A DNA stretch of 45,079 nt from an uncultured bacterium (GCA_964448115.1 CAYUVA010000002.1:124001-169079); one strand, 5' to 3'. Shown: positions 27,599 to 38,300, counted from the stretch's first letter. Notes: a model not told the origin generated them from the sequence alone. A program made the numbers and translations.

Positions 27599-27730
27599 TA
27601 ACCTATTGATATTATTGACAAATAATTTAACCTTTTCAATTTTTCACTCATGGGATATCTTTTGCAGCCAGGTGTCTCGTTCTGTGAATAAACCATTTAA
27701 TGGTTGACATAACTGACTGGTTGTTATTAT
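27599..27730 (+). promoter_or_regulatory. Complex regulatory region upstream of fadL: IHF-like site, sigma-54-like promoter, palindromes and a TTGACA box
   Basis: IHF consensus on the minus strand, TATCAA-TAGG-TTA (27599-27611); TGGGATATCTTTTGCA with GG-N10-GC (27651-27666); palindrome AACCATT-T-AATGGTT (27691-27705); TTGACA at 27704; TGAC-N5-GTTA (27714-27726). Confidence 0.45.
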
Positions 27731-27824
27731 ATCTTCTTCGTTGACACATCGTATGGATAGTGTCTCGGTGATATTGGATCGCTTTGGGATTATATAGATG
27801 CTAACCGATGAAGGAAGAGGGAGT

Positions 27825-29132
27825 ATGACAAGGACATTTTTCAGTACGATTGTAATCCTGGTCTTCTTATGGATGGTCTCTACAGACTGTATGGCAGGTG
27901 GTTTTGCCAATAACGATGTCGGCGCTACGATGGTGGCTATGCACGCAGTAGTGGGCAAGGGGGATGCCAATGATGTGGCTAATATCTGGCATAATCCAGC
28001 CGCCTTGACCGAGATGAAAGGCAAACATCTGACCTTAAGCACGCTGGCTGGCATCGTGCAGGTCGGGCTACAGCTTTATGACCAATCGGAGCAGAAATGG
28101 AGTGAGATCACGCGACCGGATATCGCCTGGGGAGCGCTTCCATTCTTCGGATATGTTGATGACTTCGGCGCCGAGAACTGGAAGTTCGGCTTTGCATGGT
28201 TCTTTCCCAATCTACTGGGTGCGACCGTGCCTGATGATGCTCCCACTAAGTATCATATAGTTCGTGGATTCTTCATGACCTCGAACCTGACCGCCACTGC
28301 AGCCAGGAAGCTAAGCGAGCGGCTCTCATTCGGTATTGGACTCGCTGCCATGTATGCCCATCTATACGGGCAGAGACGATTCTCGGCTGCAATCGATGAT
28401 CAGGGCAATCGCATCGAGTTTCCAAATAGCATGATCACCTTAAGCAATGGCGATCTCTCCTGGAATTGGCACTCCAGCTTCTTATTCAAGGCTACCGACC
28501 GCCTGAACATCGGCTTGACTTACACGGGGAGACAAGTGGTCCAAATGGACGGCACACTTAAAATCGAGGATGTCCTTCCTTTCTTGGATGGTAAGTACGA
28601 TACCGAGTCGGAGATGTTGGTGCCCCGCTCGCTACGACTTGGATTCAACTACAAAATATCCCCGAAGTATAATATCGGCTTCGATGTGGCATGGTTCAAC
28701 TACGGCGAGCTGAAGGATGCCTATATGTATGTAACCGATGATGACTGGCCCGATGAACAGCTTGAGGGTATGTTCGGCGATAACATGCGAGACTTGACCG
28801 CGCCAAGAGATTATACCGATTCGTATAACCTGGGGCTGGGAGTGGAGTGGATATACTCGCCGAAATGGAAATTCCGCTTCGGCTCCCAGTATGACTGGTC
28901 TCCCATCCCTGACAAGACATTCGTAGTCGATACGCCGAACTCGGACCTGTTTGCTTTATGTGCTGGGTTCTCCTACCGCAAGTCCGAGCGCACCGAGTTC
29001 GAGTTCTCCTACGAGCACCTGTGGTTCAAGGAAAGAAACATCAAGTATAGCATTACCGATCCGCCGACCACAGGTAGATCCATCTCCACAAATAACGATG
29101 CCATCAGCTTCGGAGTACATTATTCATGGTAG
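27825..29132 (+). CDS. OmpP1/FadL/TodX family outer-membrane transporter
   Basis: Signal peptide, AGGF start of the mature protein, WHNPAAL hatch motif, FRFG.QYD.SP.PD, aromatic C-terminus (VHYSW). Start refined to ATG 27825 after a purine-rich RBS. Confidence 0.88.
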   Translation: MTRTFFSTIVILVFLWMVSTDCMAGGFANNDVGATMVAMHAVVGKGDANDVANIWHNPAALTEMKGKHLTLSTLAGIVQVGLQLYDQSEQKWSEITRPDIAWGALPFFGYVDDFGAENWKFGFAWFFPNLLGATVPDDAPTKYHIVRGFFMTSNLTATAARKLSERLSFGIGLAAMYAHLYGQRRFSAAIDDQGNRIEFPNSMITLSNGDLSWNWHSSFLFKATDRLNIGLTYTGRQVVQMDGTLKIEDVLPFLDGKYDTESEMLVPRSLRLGFNYKISPKYNIGFDVAWFNYGELKDAYMYVTDDDWPDEQLEGMFGDNMRDLTAPRDYTDSYNLGLGVEWIYSPKWKFRFGSQYDWSPIPDKTFVVDTPNSDLFALCAGFSYRKSERTEFEFSYEHLWFKERNIKYSITDPPTTGRSISTNNDAISFGVHYSW

Positions 29133-29148
29133 CAGCAGGGGAATAATC

Positions 29149-30087
29149 CTATAGAAGATGCATGTTGAAGCTTAATAACGCCGATTTCTTCCACTGGGCG
29201 GCAGGAGATATATCATCGTCTATGATCATATTCCCCTCTATGTTGACCGAGAAGTATTCGTTGATCTGCATGGATAGCAGATTGTCCCAGGTAAGGATGG
29301 CTCTTTCATCATTTGTTGAATAAAATCCCTTGAACTCGGAGCTAAGACCGATATTCTTCATAACAACAAGCACTAGCTTGTACCCACCCTCGAAGCCGAA
29401 GAAAGAATAATCCTCAACATGCTTGTATTCCAGGGCATCGGATGTGCTTTCATCATCATCGTTGATATAGAACTTTTCGGTTATCAGTTGCCTTGCCCCG
29501 AGACCGGCGAACATATTGAGCTTGTTTTTGTCCTTGTCAATAATGGAAAGATTGACTCCTAAACCCTCCTCCAGTTTCACGGGGTCAAAGGCGCGCGAGA
29601 CTTGAAACTTGAATACATCAGCCAAAACCTTGCCATCACCATTGTTGACCTTGATAGTGGTAGGATTCTCGAAGTAGTCATAGCTTTTGTATATCTGGGT
29701 AATCGCTGACAAGGAGAGATAAGGCTCTATGAGTCGAGTCGCCTTGTATTTGTATCCGAGGTCGTATTTTAGTATATCCGTTGATTTCCTGAATTCCTGT
29801 TCCCCCAGCTTGGTCAGGTTGTATTGGAGACGCAAACGCTGCTCTACCTTGCTGCGCCTGGATTCATAGTTAGCCTCGAAACGATTCAAGGTGCCGGCTG
29901 ACTGGCTGTTTTCCCCACCAGCAGTCCAGTTGTCAAAGGAAGCCATGCTATATGAAAACGAGGAAATGAGTATGAGATTCCATCCTTCAGGCTGCGCATC
30001 GCTTTTCTGATCACAGATGAGATCATCTGTAAATAGCAGCAGGCAAAACAGCATCAAAAAAACATACTGCAAGCATCTTCTAGGCAT
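29149..30087 (-). CDS. Putative outer-membrane beta-barrel protein (DUF3078-like)
   Basis: Signal peptide; 'F.NW.AGGENS' and 'FRKSTD' motifs recalled for DUF3078; alternating beta strands. Confidence 0.65.
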   Translation of the reverse strand: MPRRCLQYVFLMLFCLLLFTDDLICDQKSDAQPEGWNLILISSFSYSMASFDNWTAGGENSQSAGTLNRFEANYESRRSKVEQRLRLQYNLTKLGEQEFRKSTDILKYDLGYKYKATRLIEPYLSLSAITQIYKSYDYFENPTTIKVNNGDGKVLADVFKFQVSRAFDPVKLEEGLGVNLSIIDKDKNKLNMFAGLGARQLITEKFYINDDDESTSDALEYKHVEDYSFFGFEGGYKLVLVVMKNIGLSSEFKGFYSTNDERAILTWDNLLSMQINEYFSVNIEGNMIIDDDISPAAQWKKSALLSFNMHLL

Positions 30088-30126
30088 AATTCATAATCCA
30101 ATGCTAGGTTGGTTATCGTTGATAAG

Positions 30127-30555
30127 CTAGATATCAAAGATTATCTTGACCTGATAAATTCCATCCTGGTTGCGAATTATATTCAACTCATGATAGGTCG
30201 CTGCCTTGATATGAGCTGACAAAGTGTGTCTCTTGGGATCGAGCTTCTCCCCGAGGCATTGTCCCCAGAGAGAATTGTTGTCGCTGGAAAGCTCGAAGTT
30301 AAAGTCGCTATAGACCATATTCCTGGTTTCCATCAAAAAGAGTATCTCGTTCAATGCAGCAAATAGAATATCCTCAAAGGTGTCGCCGGATACTTGTATC
30401 CTGGTGCGGGTCAAGGGCGCCACCCTGTCCAGGTCAATCATCAGGGAGAGCATCCCCTTGGCAGCATTGGTCATCAGCTCCTCCAAGGTTCTGCCCTGGG
30501 CTACGATGCCTAGATCAGCGGTTACCTCGATCTCTTGGTAAGGAATAATATCCAT
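30127..30555 (-). CDS. Archease
   Basis: TADLGI.A.G.TLEEL..NAA, IKAATYHEL.I, terminal IIFDI. Confidence 0.93.
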   Translation of the reverse strand: MDIIPYQEIEVTADLGIVAQGRTLEELMTNAAKGMLSLMIDLDRVAPLTRTRIQVSGDTFEDILFAALNEILFLMETRNMVYSDFNFELSSDNNSLWGQCLGEKLDPKRHTLSAHIKAATYHELNIIRNQDGIYQVKIIFDI

Positions 30556-30582
30556 ATATTCGTATCCTGTGCGATCTTGAGA

Positions 30583-31566
30583 TCACTCGAAATCCCAGTA
30601 ATCCCTATCATTTAGCAAAGCTTCTACATTCAATGTCTTCAGATATTCAGCAAAATCTAGTGCGATCCTTTTTCCTTTGTATGTAACTCGGCTACGCAGC
30701 GTCATATCGACCATTGCCCTTAGATATCCAGGGAGCGTGCCAACATCGTAGCTGATGCCATCTATAACCAGCCCATAAAGCGGCTCTTTTTGAGATAATT
30801 TCAGCATTGCGTCGGTCAGTTGGAACTCGTTGTTAGCCCCCCTTCGGTTCGCCTTAATATCATCATCGATAATCTCCATAATCTTCGGCGCCAGGATGTA
30901 CCGCCCCAGGATGGCGTAATAATAGCCATCTACGCGGAAATGCTTATTGAAGCCACTATTTTCAAGTTTTTCTGCGGTTGCCTTTTCATGCATATAATTA
31001 ATCAAGACAGCTTTGCCATTTTTCCATTCGCCGCCTACTATGCCATAGCTGGATGCCTCCTGCTTGGTTACCCTTTTCAGGGCGACCACGGAACAGCTTG
31101 TTTCCTTCTCATCCAGAAGGTTCATCATCTGCTTTATTGCCGGGGTCTTTGAATAGAGTATATCATCGCCAAGAAACACTGCAAAATACTCATCTCCAAC
31201 CAGGTCCCTGGCTGTCCAGATGGCATGCCCTAATCCCAGAGGCTCCAATTGCCTTGTATAGCTGAAGGGAGTCTCCTTGAAGGGGGCTTGGGCATGGGGT
31301 CGAAACTCAGCCTTTTCAGGTTTCGAGAACAAGGATTCTAGCTCAACAGACTTATCGAGATAGTCCTCGATAGCCTTTTTATTATTGCTTGTAACCAAAA
31401 TGATATGTTCAAGCCCAGCTTTAACCGCCTCGTGGATGGTGTAGTGTATAGCCGGCTTGCTGACGATGGGGATCATCTCCTTGGGGATGGTCTTGGTGGC
31501 TGGCAGAAACCTGGTGCCTAGACCAGCCACTGGAAACACAGCCTTTGTTATCTTCTTGTCGCTCAT
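30583..31566 (-). CDS. galU: UTP--glucose-1-phosphate uridylyltransferase
   Basis: KAVFPVAGLGTRFLPATK.IPKEM, RQLEPLGLGHA, LGDD, GRY, EFQLTDA, YDVG. Confidence 0.95.
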   Translation of the reverse strand: MSDKKITKAVFPVAGLGTRFLPATKTIPKEMIPIVSKPAIHYTIHEAVKAGLEHIILVTSNNKKAIEDYLDKSVELESLFSKPEKAEFRPHAQAPFKETPFSYTRQLEPLGLGHAIWTARDLVGDEYFAVFLGDDILYSKTPAIKQMMNLLDEKETSCSVVALKRVTKQEASSYGIVGGEWKNGKAVLINYMHEKATAEKLENSGFNKHFRVDGYYYAILGRYILAPKIMEIIDDDIKANRRGANNEFQLTDAMLKLSQKEPLYGLVIDGISYDVGTLPGYLRAMVDMTLRSRVTYKGKRIALDFAEYLKTLNVEALLNDRDYWDFE

Positions 31567-31600
31567 TTCATCACCTGTTTTTTTCCTATTTTAGATGTAA

Positions 31601-31629
31601 AGTTTATTTGCAATGTCTAGATAATGCAA
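31601..31629 (-). promoter_or_regulatory. Putative sigma-70 promoter of galU
   Basis: Minus strand TTGCAT-N17-TAAACT, 35 nt upstream of the ATG. Confidence 0.45.
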
Positions 31630-31697
31630 GTAACTGGTACCCACCAATAAATAAATGGAAAATATGTGGATAATAGGCTTATGAAAACAACGGAAAG

Positions 31698-31735
31698 AGG
31701 GGAGATACATGCCCTGCTTTCGGGCTATCTCCCCT
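31698..31735 (-). terminator. Long hairpin overlapping the stop codon of the small ORF; probable terminator
   Basis: AGGGGAGATA...TATCTCCCCT outer stem with an inner GCCC/GGGC stem, followed on the minus strand by CTTTCCGTTGTTTT. Confidence 0.55.
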
Positions 31736-31841
31736 GGATAAAGGAAATGAGCCTGAAGGTTAGATGTACGAAGCCGCTGGCAAGCAAGATAGCCAAGGCT
31801 ATCCCGGCTCCCCCAGTTATTATCGCCAATAATCCTTCCAT
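31725..31841 (-). CDS. Unannotated 38-aa single-pass membrane peptide MEGLLAIITGGAGIALAILLASGFVHLTFRLISFIQGR
   Basis: ATG preceded by a strong RBS (AGGAGGG); hydrophobic helix; own upstream promoter elements and downstream hairpin; below the ORF-track size cutoff. Confidence 0.75.
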   Translation of the reverse strand: MEGLLAIITGGAGIALAILLASGFVHLTFRLISFIQGR

Positions 31842-31897
31842 GACCTAACCCTCCTGGTTAACAGGTTTAACGACCTTTACAGGCAGGTAGTTTTTAA

Positions 31898-32048
31898 TTC
31901 AAGAACTATGCCTATATGGGATTACCGTGGCTAATGCTAGATTGTTGTTTGATATCAAATAGTTATCGGTTGCCTGAGATATCATGTAAAAAAGAGCTTG
32001 TGGAAAATTTTCCACGATCTCCCGGTTATATGTGTCATATCGACCACA
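31898..32048 (-). promoter_or_regulatory. Sigma-54-type promoter with IHF site and two enhancer-like palindromes
   Basis: Minus strand AGGCATAGTTCTTGAA (31913-31898, GG-N10-GA); IHF consensus TATCAA-ATAG-TTA (31953-31965); TGTG-N10-CACR at 31999-32016 and 32031-32048. Confidence 0.6.
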
Positions 32049-32105
32049 AAAAGGTTAGGAAAGTAAATTAAGTAACTTTTTTTATTTTTTCTTGCATCAG
32101 CTCTC

Positions 32106-32149
32106 TTGACATACTATAACCGGTGTTGTAATAAGCTTACCGTTGGTCA
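32106..32149 (+). promoter_or_regulatory. Sigma-70 promoter and candidate TetR operator for the efflux operon
   Basis: TTGACA(32106)-N17-TAATAA; imperfect palindrome TTAC-N5-GTCA at 32137-32149. Confidence 0.5.
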
Positions 32150-32182
32150 TAAAAATGAACACGATATTTATCGGAGTTAACG

Positions 32183-32842
32183 ATGAGTCTTGATGAAGAG
32201 CAGAGCATAACAAAAGAGGAGCTGATTAGAAAGTTCCGCACCAGCGAGATACTCAAGGCTACCCAGCGGCTCCTTGAAAGGCACGGCTTAGTCGAGATCA
32301 CCATGGAGATGATCGCCGAGCAGGCTGGAATATCAAAAGGGACGATCTATCTTTATTTCAAGAACAAGGAACAGCTTTTAATAAGCCTTATCGAGGGGGT
32401 ATTGGATAGGATCCACCATAAGGTTGATGAGATAGTCTCCGGAGACCAAACACCAGTTGAAAAACTCAGAAAATTTCTGCAGCTAACAAAGGAGGGCATA
32501 AGTCGGTATGGACATATCCTAAGATTATATTTCAGCGAGGCTCCTCTCAGCGACAGAGTGGAGATGCAGGATCATATACAAACGCTTATCAACAAGTACA
32601 TGATACTAGTAGGTCACATTGCCAATATCGTTAAAGAAGGCATCGAGGCTGGTGTTTTCAGGAAGATTGATCCCAAGAAGGCAGCCTTTATCTTCATGGA
32701 GATGTCCAATAGCCTACTAAAACCGACCATGATTGCTTCCTTTCAGCAACTGGCAGTCGATATAGACTTCATCCTTGATATATTCCTAAATGGCATCAAA
32801 AAAACATCCACTTTACAATTGCAAGAGGATCCAGACTTATGA
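32183..32842 (+). CDS. TetR/AcrR family transcriptional regulator
   Basis: HTH TMEMIAEQAGISKGTIYLYFKNKEQL; C-terminal EGIEAGVFR. Confidence 0.95.
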   Translation: MSLDEEQSITKEELIRKFRTSEILKATQRLLERHGLVEITMEMIAEQAGISKGTIYLYFKNKEQLLISLIEGVLDRIHHKVDEIVSGDQTPVEKLRKFLQLTKEGISRYGHILRLYFSEAPLSDRVEMQDHIQTLINKYMILVGHIANIVKEGIEAGVFRKIDPKKAAFIFMEMSNSLLKPTMIASFQQLAVDIDFILDIFLNGIKKTSTLQLQEDPDL

Positions 32843-34152
32843 ACAAGACACAAGGTATCATCATCCTGTTATCAATCGCTCTATCAGCTTGCGTATGCCT
32901 TGCTGCAGATTTGCAGCGGCTATCATTAGAGGATATCTACCAGTTGGCGCTATCGGATAACGAGAGCATAAAGATAGCTTTTGAGGAGAGTAAACAAGCG
33001 GATGCGACCAAGTGGAAATCGGTCTCCACGATGCTCCCCTCCATCGTGATAGATGGTGGATATAAGATCTACGACAAAGAAAGCGGTTTTCCCAATCCTT
33101 TTACTGGCGAGACCCTATTGATCCAGCCCAAGGAGGACTACGACTATGGATTATATCTCAACCAGAACATCTGGGATGGGGGGAGGTATATCTACAGTAA
33201 CAAGGCAGCCACCTACTACCAGGCGCTGACCGATTGGTCTTATATTTTAAGCGCCCAGCAGGTTTTGCTCTCCACCACTGCATGTTATTACCAGGTACTT
33301 AAAGCGCAACGCAACCTTGAGATCAGCCAACATTCACTAAAGTTGGCTAATGAACACCTTGAGAACGCTCGTGCGCTCTTCGAGGCTGGAATGACCATAG
33401 AAACCACTGTTTTAAGGGCACAGATGGGAGTTCAGAACGCCAAGAGAGAGCTGATACAATCTAAGCATGACCTCAAGATAGCACAAGAGGAACTGAGACA
33501 CGCAAGCGGTGTAAAAGGTGAATTCGAGCTTGTAGAACCGACTGAGCCTAATCTGCCACCAGGCGATATTGAGCAGATTATCCGTAGTGGACTCAAAGAT
33601 AATCCTGGTATCTATATTGCTAATTATATTATGAAAATGGCTCAGATGGATCACAAGGCATCTATTACCAATCTTATCCCAAAGATAACCTTCTCCGCCT
33701 CATACCTGAAGAGAAAGGCTGACTTTCCATCAGATGAATCCAAATGGGTAGAGTTCAGGGCTAATGTCCCCATATTCTTAGGCGGTTATAACTATGCAGA
33801 GATGGCTGAAAAGCGATCCGTGCTCAGGCAAAAACGACTCGAGCTTTCCATGATTGAAAAACAGACCGCACTTAACATCCGCAAGGCATACTTTGACATA
33901 AAGACCCTGGAAGCGACATTGGATACACTCAAAAGCTCGGTAGAGGTGGCTCAGAGAAATTATTCAAGCGCAAGCGAGTCTTTCGCAGTTGGAGAGGCGA
34001 CCAATATCGATGTCATGGATGCGCACACATCGTTGATCCAGGCACAACGGGATTACGCCAACCTAAAACTGGATAGATGCCTGGCAATATACTATCTACA
34101 GATGAACATGGGCAGTTTCATGAGGGAGTTTATCAGTGAAAATAAAAACTAA
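32839..34152 (+). CDS. TolC family outer-membrane efflux protein
   Basis: Signal peptide, LSLE..QLAL..N, IWDGG, YYQVL, PIFLGG, two OEP repeats. Confidence 0.9.
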   Translation: MNKTQGIIILLSIALSACVCLAADLQRLSLEDIYQLALSDNESIKIAFEESKQADATKWKSVSTMLPSIVIDGGYKIYDKESGFPNPFTGETLLIQPKEDYDYGLYLNQNIWDGGRYIYSNKAATYYQALTDWSYILSAQQVLLSTTACYYQVLKAQRNLEISQHSLKLANEHLENARALFEAGMTIETTVLRAQMGVQNAKRELIQSKHDLKIAQEELRHASGVKGEFELVEPTEPNLPPGDIEQIIRSGLKDNPGIYIANYIMKMAQMDHKASITNLIPKITFSASYLKRKADFPSDESKWVEFRANVPIFLGGYNYAEMAEKRSVLRQKRLELSMIEKQTALNIRKAYFDIKTLEATLDTLKSSVEVAQRNYSSASESFAVGEATNIDVMDAHTSLIQAQRDYANLKLDRCLAIYYLQMNMGSFMREFISENKN

Positions 34153-35302
34153 TCCAACAAAGGTGGTTCTAGATATGATTCAAAAGATGACCTTCAACAA
34201 AATGATAGCTATATCGCTGTTTATCGCTATGGTTTTCATGCTTAGTAATTGCAACAACCATGACTCCAATCCGCTGACCAAAAGGGAAGATGGGATCGAT
34301 TACTTTGACCAGGTCTTTAAGGTCAGGGTTCAAAGGGTAGATCATGCAGCCATCAGGGATGTGGTAAAGACAAGCGGTGGCTTCATCGCCTCAAAGGACA
34401 TAACTATCAGTGCCCAGGTACCCGGGGAGGTAGCCGAGATCCCTGTTGAGGAGGGAGACGAGGTAAATCAGGGGGATCTGCTTGTCAGACTGGATGATAC
34501 CGAGCTTAGGCTGGCTGCCAAACAGGCAAATTCCCAGTTACAGCAGGCTAGGTATAACCTTGAGAATGCACGCAAGGACTTTGAGCGAAAAAAGGAATTG
34601 CTCGACAAGAAGGTCATATCCGAGCAGGTCTTTGATGCGATAAAGACACAGTACGAGATTGCAAAGGCAGGCTTCGAGGCTGCCCAGGCGGCAAGCGCCC
34701 TGGCTGAAAAGAAGGTGGCTGATGCCTCCATTAGATCACCAATAGAAGGATTCGTAACTGCAAGATTCATCGAGGTCGGCGAGTATGTGGCGCCAGGAGT
34801 GCCGGTCTTCGAGGTCAAGTGCATAAAGCCGATAAAGCTGCGAGCAAGCATGGTCGAAAAATACTTTACCAGGGTGCGTAAAGGACAAAAAGTGCATGCA
34901 ACGGTAAGCGCTTATCCAGATAAGATCTTCACCGGTTCCATTATCCTAATCAATCCGGCAATAGACCCTGAAACTAGAACCTTCACCATCGAAGCGTTAT
35001 TTGATAATGAAGATGGATTACTCAAGCATGGCTTCTTCGCCTCCACGGAGGTTATCTTATCCGAGAAGCAGGATGTTCTGGCTGTGCCACAGGATTGCAT
35101 CATCGATGTTGAGGGTTCTCGAAAGGTCTTTGTAGTGCAGGATGATCATGCCCTGGCTAAGGAAGTGGTAACCGGCGCAAGATACAATGGAAATGTCGAG
35201 ATCCTTAGCGGCTTGACCAGGGGAGAGCTTTTGATCACTGAAGGTCAGTTCGTACTCAAGGATGGCAACAAGGTACAGATAGTCAACAACTCCAATCTCT
35301 AA
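34136..35302 (+). CDS. RND efflux periplasmic adaptor (MFP)
   Basis: Lipoyl-like VEEGDEV.QGDLLVRLD, IRSPIEGFV, IDPETRT, VEILSGL..GE. Confidence 0.93.
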   Translation: MKIKTNPTKVVLDMIQKMTFNKMIAISLFIAMVFMLSNCNNHDSNPLTKREDGIDYFDQVFKVRVQRVDHAAIRDVVKTSGGFIASKDITISAQVPGEVAEIPVEEGDEVNQGDLLVRLDDTELRLAAKQANSQLQQARYNLENARKDFERKKELLDKKVISEQVFDAIKTQYEIAKAGFEAAQAASALAEKKVADASIRSPIEGFVTARFIEVGEYVAPGVPVFEVKCIKPIKLRASMVEKYFTRVRKGQKVHATVSAYPDKIFTGSIILINPAIDPETRTFTIEALFDNEDGLLKHGFFASTEVILSEKQDVLAVPQDCIIDVEGSRKVFVVQDDHALAKEVVTGARYNGNVEILSGLTRGELLITEGQFVLKDGNKVQIVNNSNL

Positions 35303-35331
35303 TAACCCCACAAGGTAAAGAGGAGCGAAAT

Positions 35332-38300
35332 ATGATACTAGCTGATGTCTCGATAAGGCGCCCGGTCTTCGCCACGATGGTCATGCTTGCCCTCATCGTC
35401 TTTGGCCTATTCTCCTTCCGCGACCTGGGAGTCGATCTTATGCCTGATGTTGATTTCCCCTTTGTTTCAGTATTAACCATACTGCCGGGGGCGGATCCGG
35501 AGACAATCGAGACCAAGGTTACCGATGTCATAGAGGAAGCGGTAAACACCATAAGCGGCATCAAGGTGCTGACCTCGATCAGCGCGGAGAATGTTAGCCA
35601 GGTTTTCATCGAGTTCGAGCTAGGGGTTGATGTTGATGTGGCTGCTCAGGATGTTAGGGACAAGATCTCCAGCATAATGCGAGACCTTCCCGATGATGTG
35701 GAGCCGCCGGTCGTCGAGAAGTTCGATATCAATGCCCTTCCCATTATGAATATCGCTGTATCGGCTAATATGCCCATTCAAGGGCTGACCAAGTATGTTG
35801 ATGATAACATAAAATCACAGTTGCAAAAGATCCCCGGCATCGGCTCGGTCAAGATCATAGGCGGTCAGGAACGACAGATTCGAGTATGGGCTGATAATGA
35901 CCGCATGAAGGCACACGGCGTGGTCTTCAGGGATATCATGTATGCGCTGCAAACCCAGAATATCGAGTTCCCGGGCGGTACCATCGAAAGCGGCATCCGC
36001 GAGCTAGTGGTCAACACCAAGGGAGAAGTACAAAGCATCGAGGAATTGAAGGAGATAATTGTCAAGCAGGGCAAGGGCGGAGTAATTAAGATGCGAGATG
36101 TGGCAACTGTGGAAGATAGCCTTGAAGAGCTGAATACAATCTCACGATACAATGGGATCAGAGCTGTATCTCTGGAAATTAAGAAGAAATCCGGCGCAAA
36201 CACGGTAGCGGTTGCTCGCCGGGTAAAGCAGGAGCTTGAAAAGATAAGAAAGACCTTGCCTGCCGAGATGGACATGCTCATCGCGGTCGATATGAGCACC
36301 TTTATCGAGGAATCGATCGGCGATGTCCAGTTCCATCTTATCATCGGGGGACTGTTGGCGGTAGTAGTCATCTTCTTTTTCCTGCGCAATATAAGAAGCA
36401 CCATAATATCGGCAATAGCCATACCGACCTCGATCATCTCCACATTCACCCTGATGAATTACCTCGATTTTACCTTTAACAATGTCACCATGCTCGCTTT
36501 ATCTTTGTCGGTCGGTCTATTGATCGATGATGCGATTGTGGTTCTGGAGAACATCTTTCGTCACATAGAGTCCGGCTCGAATCGTCGGCAGGCAGCCCAC
36601 GATGCGACCTCGGAGATCGGCTTGGCAGTTTTGGCAACTACGCTATCGATCGTTGCTGTATTCATGCCGGTCGCCTTCATGAAGGGGATCATCGGACGCA
36701 TCTTCTTTCAGTTCGGGCTTACCGTAACCTTTGCGGTGCTAGTGTCCTTGTTTGTCTCCTTTACGCTTACCCCCATGCTCTGCTCCAGGTATCTATATGT
36801 ACCCAAGCAGCCGGGATGGTTCTACCGTTTCATGGAGCGCATCCTCAAGGCTATAGATAGCTTTTATCGCCGGGTTCTATCAGCCGTGCTCGATCATCGA
36901 TTGCTCACTATTATCGTAACCGCGGTTATATTCATTTTCAGCCTGTATCTTGGCAGTAGGCTCGGCTTCGAGTTCCAGCCCGAGGAGGATCGCAGCGAGT
37001 TCTCAATAAATATTGAGACTCCGCTGGGATCATCTCTCGAATATACCAGCACGGTCATTCGCAGGGTCGAGGAGTCGATGGCTCGTGTCCCTGGCGTTGA
37101 GGGCATCTTCACGACCATTGCCGGCGATGTGCAGGAAAGCTCCAACAAGGGATCTATCATGGTGAAGCTTGTCGAACCGAAGGAGCGTTCATACAGTCAA
37201 GGCCAGATCATGGAGTATGCCCGCCAGCAGCTTAAGGATTTCCCGAATGTAAACATCGGCGTAACCGAGGTGAACTATGTTGGTGGGGGCTGGAGAATGT
37301 ACAAGATACAGTTTAGCATTCAGGGTCCCGAGCTCGATAAGCTACAGGAGTATAGCCAAAAGATAATGGAAAAGCTTAAGCAGGACGGGCGCTTCGTAGA
37401 TATCGATACCACATATAAGACTGGCAAGCCGGAGCTGAGCATATATGTTGACCGGGACAAGGCAGCGGACTTGGGAGTAAGTGTCTTTGATATAGCCTCT
37501 GCGGTGAGGGTGCTAGTTGGTGGCGAGACTGCTACCGAGTACAAGGAGGCTGGGGATCGATATGATGTGGTGATACGACTGAAGAAAAACCAGCGACTTA
37601 GTGCTGAAGATCTCCAGCAGATAACCTTGAGGAACTTCGATGGCAATCTTGTAAAGCTAGCTAATGTAGTGCGTATAGATGAGGAGACCGGTCCGCTTTC
37701 GATCAACCATAAAAGCAGGCAGCGCGAGGTTACAATCCTTGCCAATCTGGAGGGGATAGTGCTCGGCGAAGCTATGGAAGTAGTGGAAAAATACGCACAG
37801 GAGCTTAACATGCCAGCCACCTACGATACTTCCTGGACCGGCGAGGCGGATATCATGGTCGAGTCGTTTAAGCACCTGATCACCGCACTGTTCTTGGCGG
37901 TCATTCTTGTATATATGATCCTTGCCAGTCAGTTCGAGAGCTTCCTGCATCCATTCACCATCATGCTTTCCCTGCCATTGTCGCTGGTTGGTGCCTTCAT
38001 CGCGTTGCTCCTGGCAGGATATACCATAAGCATCTTCAGCTTCATCGGGATCATCATGCTGATGGGCTTGGTAACAAAGAATGCCATTTTGCTGGTTGAC
38101 TTCACCAACCGCCTAAAGGGAAGGGGGCTAGCCACCAAGGAGGCATTACTGGAAGCAGGTCCCATCAGGCTTAGACCGATCCTTATGACCACGCTGGCCA
38201 TGATATTCGGCATGTTGCCCATAGCCTTGGGATTCGGACATGGTGCAGAATCGAGGGCGCCGATGGCGGTATGCGTGGTAGGTGGCCTGATAACCTCGAC

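Noticed and set aside
31666-31848. 60-aa plus-strand ORF in the ORF track
   Set aside because: The opposite strand has the better gene, with a strong RBS, TM helix, promoter and hairpin.
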